A stretch of 64,000 nt of DNA from assembly GCA_024704765.1 (NCBI GenBank), contig JAKMXF010000297.1, positions 364,921-428,920 of the forward strand, written 5' to 3'. The number at the start of each line of letters is the position of its first letter. The first letter of the stretch is position 1. This DNA is from Oopsacas minuta. Lineage: Eukaryota > Animalia > Porifera. The notes beneath the pieces were generated by a model. It was not told the origin of the DNA and did no database searches. It saw nothing but the letters and a program-made list of their open reading frames with translations. Below, in pieces: positions 63,760-64,000 of the stretch. The translations under genes were made by a program, and so were the position numbers.

Positions 63760-64000
63760 CTATTTCAATTAAAGAATAATAATATTCTAATATCAAGCAG
63801 TAGTAATAACCACCACCAATCGAAATTATTATAATTCTATTAATAATATCAATTAACATATCCACAACGATAATAACTCAATATATGTTATGTACTATCA
63901 TTATCTGGAGTAGATTCAACTGGATTAGTCAATTCTGTTATGTGTTCAGATTGAGTATGTGTGTCTTCATGCTTAACTTGAGAAGGGATAGCCTCCCCTG

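Overview
AT-rich, compact eukaryotic (animal-type) genomic DNA with many intronless genes, very short GT-AG introns (53-72 nt seen) and abundant MITE-like repeats. No rRNA, tRNA or CRISPR array was recognised. Gene content and architecture would fit a non-bilaterian such as a glass sponge, but that is inference only. Genes reconstructed by eye: a multi-Ig secreted/surface protein (runs off the left edge), an intronless Slo2/KCNT K+ channel (+), then a long minus-strand run: HMGCR, ankyrin-DHHC palmitoyltransferase, tectonic, glutamate dehydrogenase, cardiolipin synthase, NUB1, HSD17B12, TMEM33, two RDH-like SDR copies, V-ATPase E, FUNDC, UBXN7 and an FG-GAP (NERD1-like) protein. These are followed by a WAVE pseudogene and an intact WAVE gene (runs off the right edge). 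Main observations: (1) same-strand nested genes: tectonic lies inside intron 1 of the DHHC gene, whose first exon is a 24-nt ATG exon not in the ORF track, and a GH27 alpha-galactosidase/NAGA lies inside a WAVE intron; (2) extreme co-orientation with acceptor-like YAG motifs abutting start codons, suggestive of operon-like transcription with trans-splicing; (3) a spliced Mutator(MULE)-transposase-like gene nested antisense in both WAVE copies, near-identical although the WAVE exons have diverged; (4) a 140-aa Cys-rich, sequon-rich extracellular insertion in the Slo2 channel; (5) patchy divergence between the tandem SDR copies; (6) an isolated 94-nt hairpin downstream of TMEM33. All coordinates and splice models were derived by hand and need RNA confirmation.
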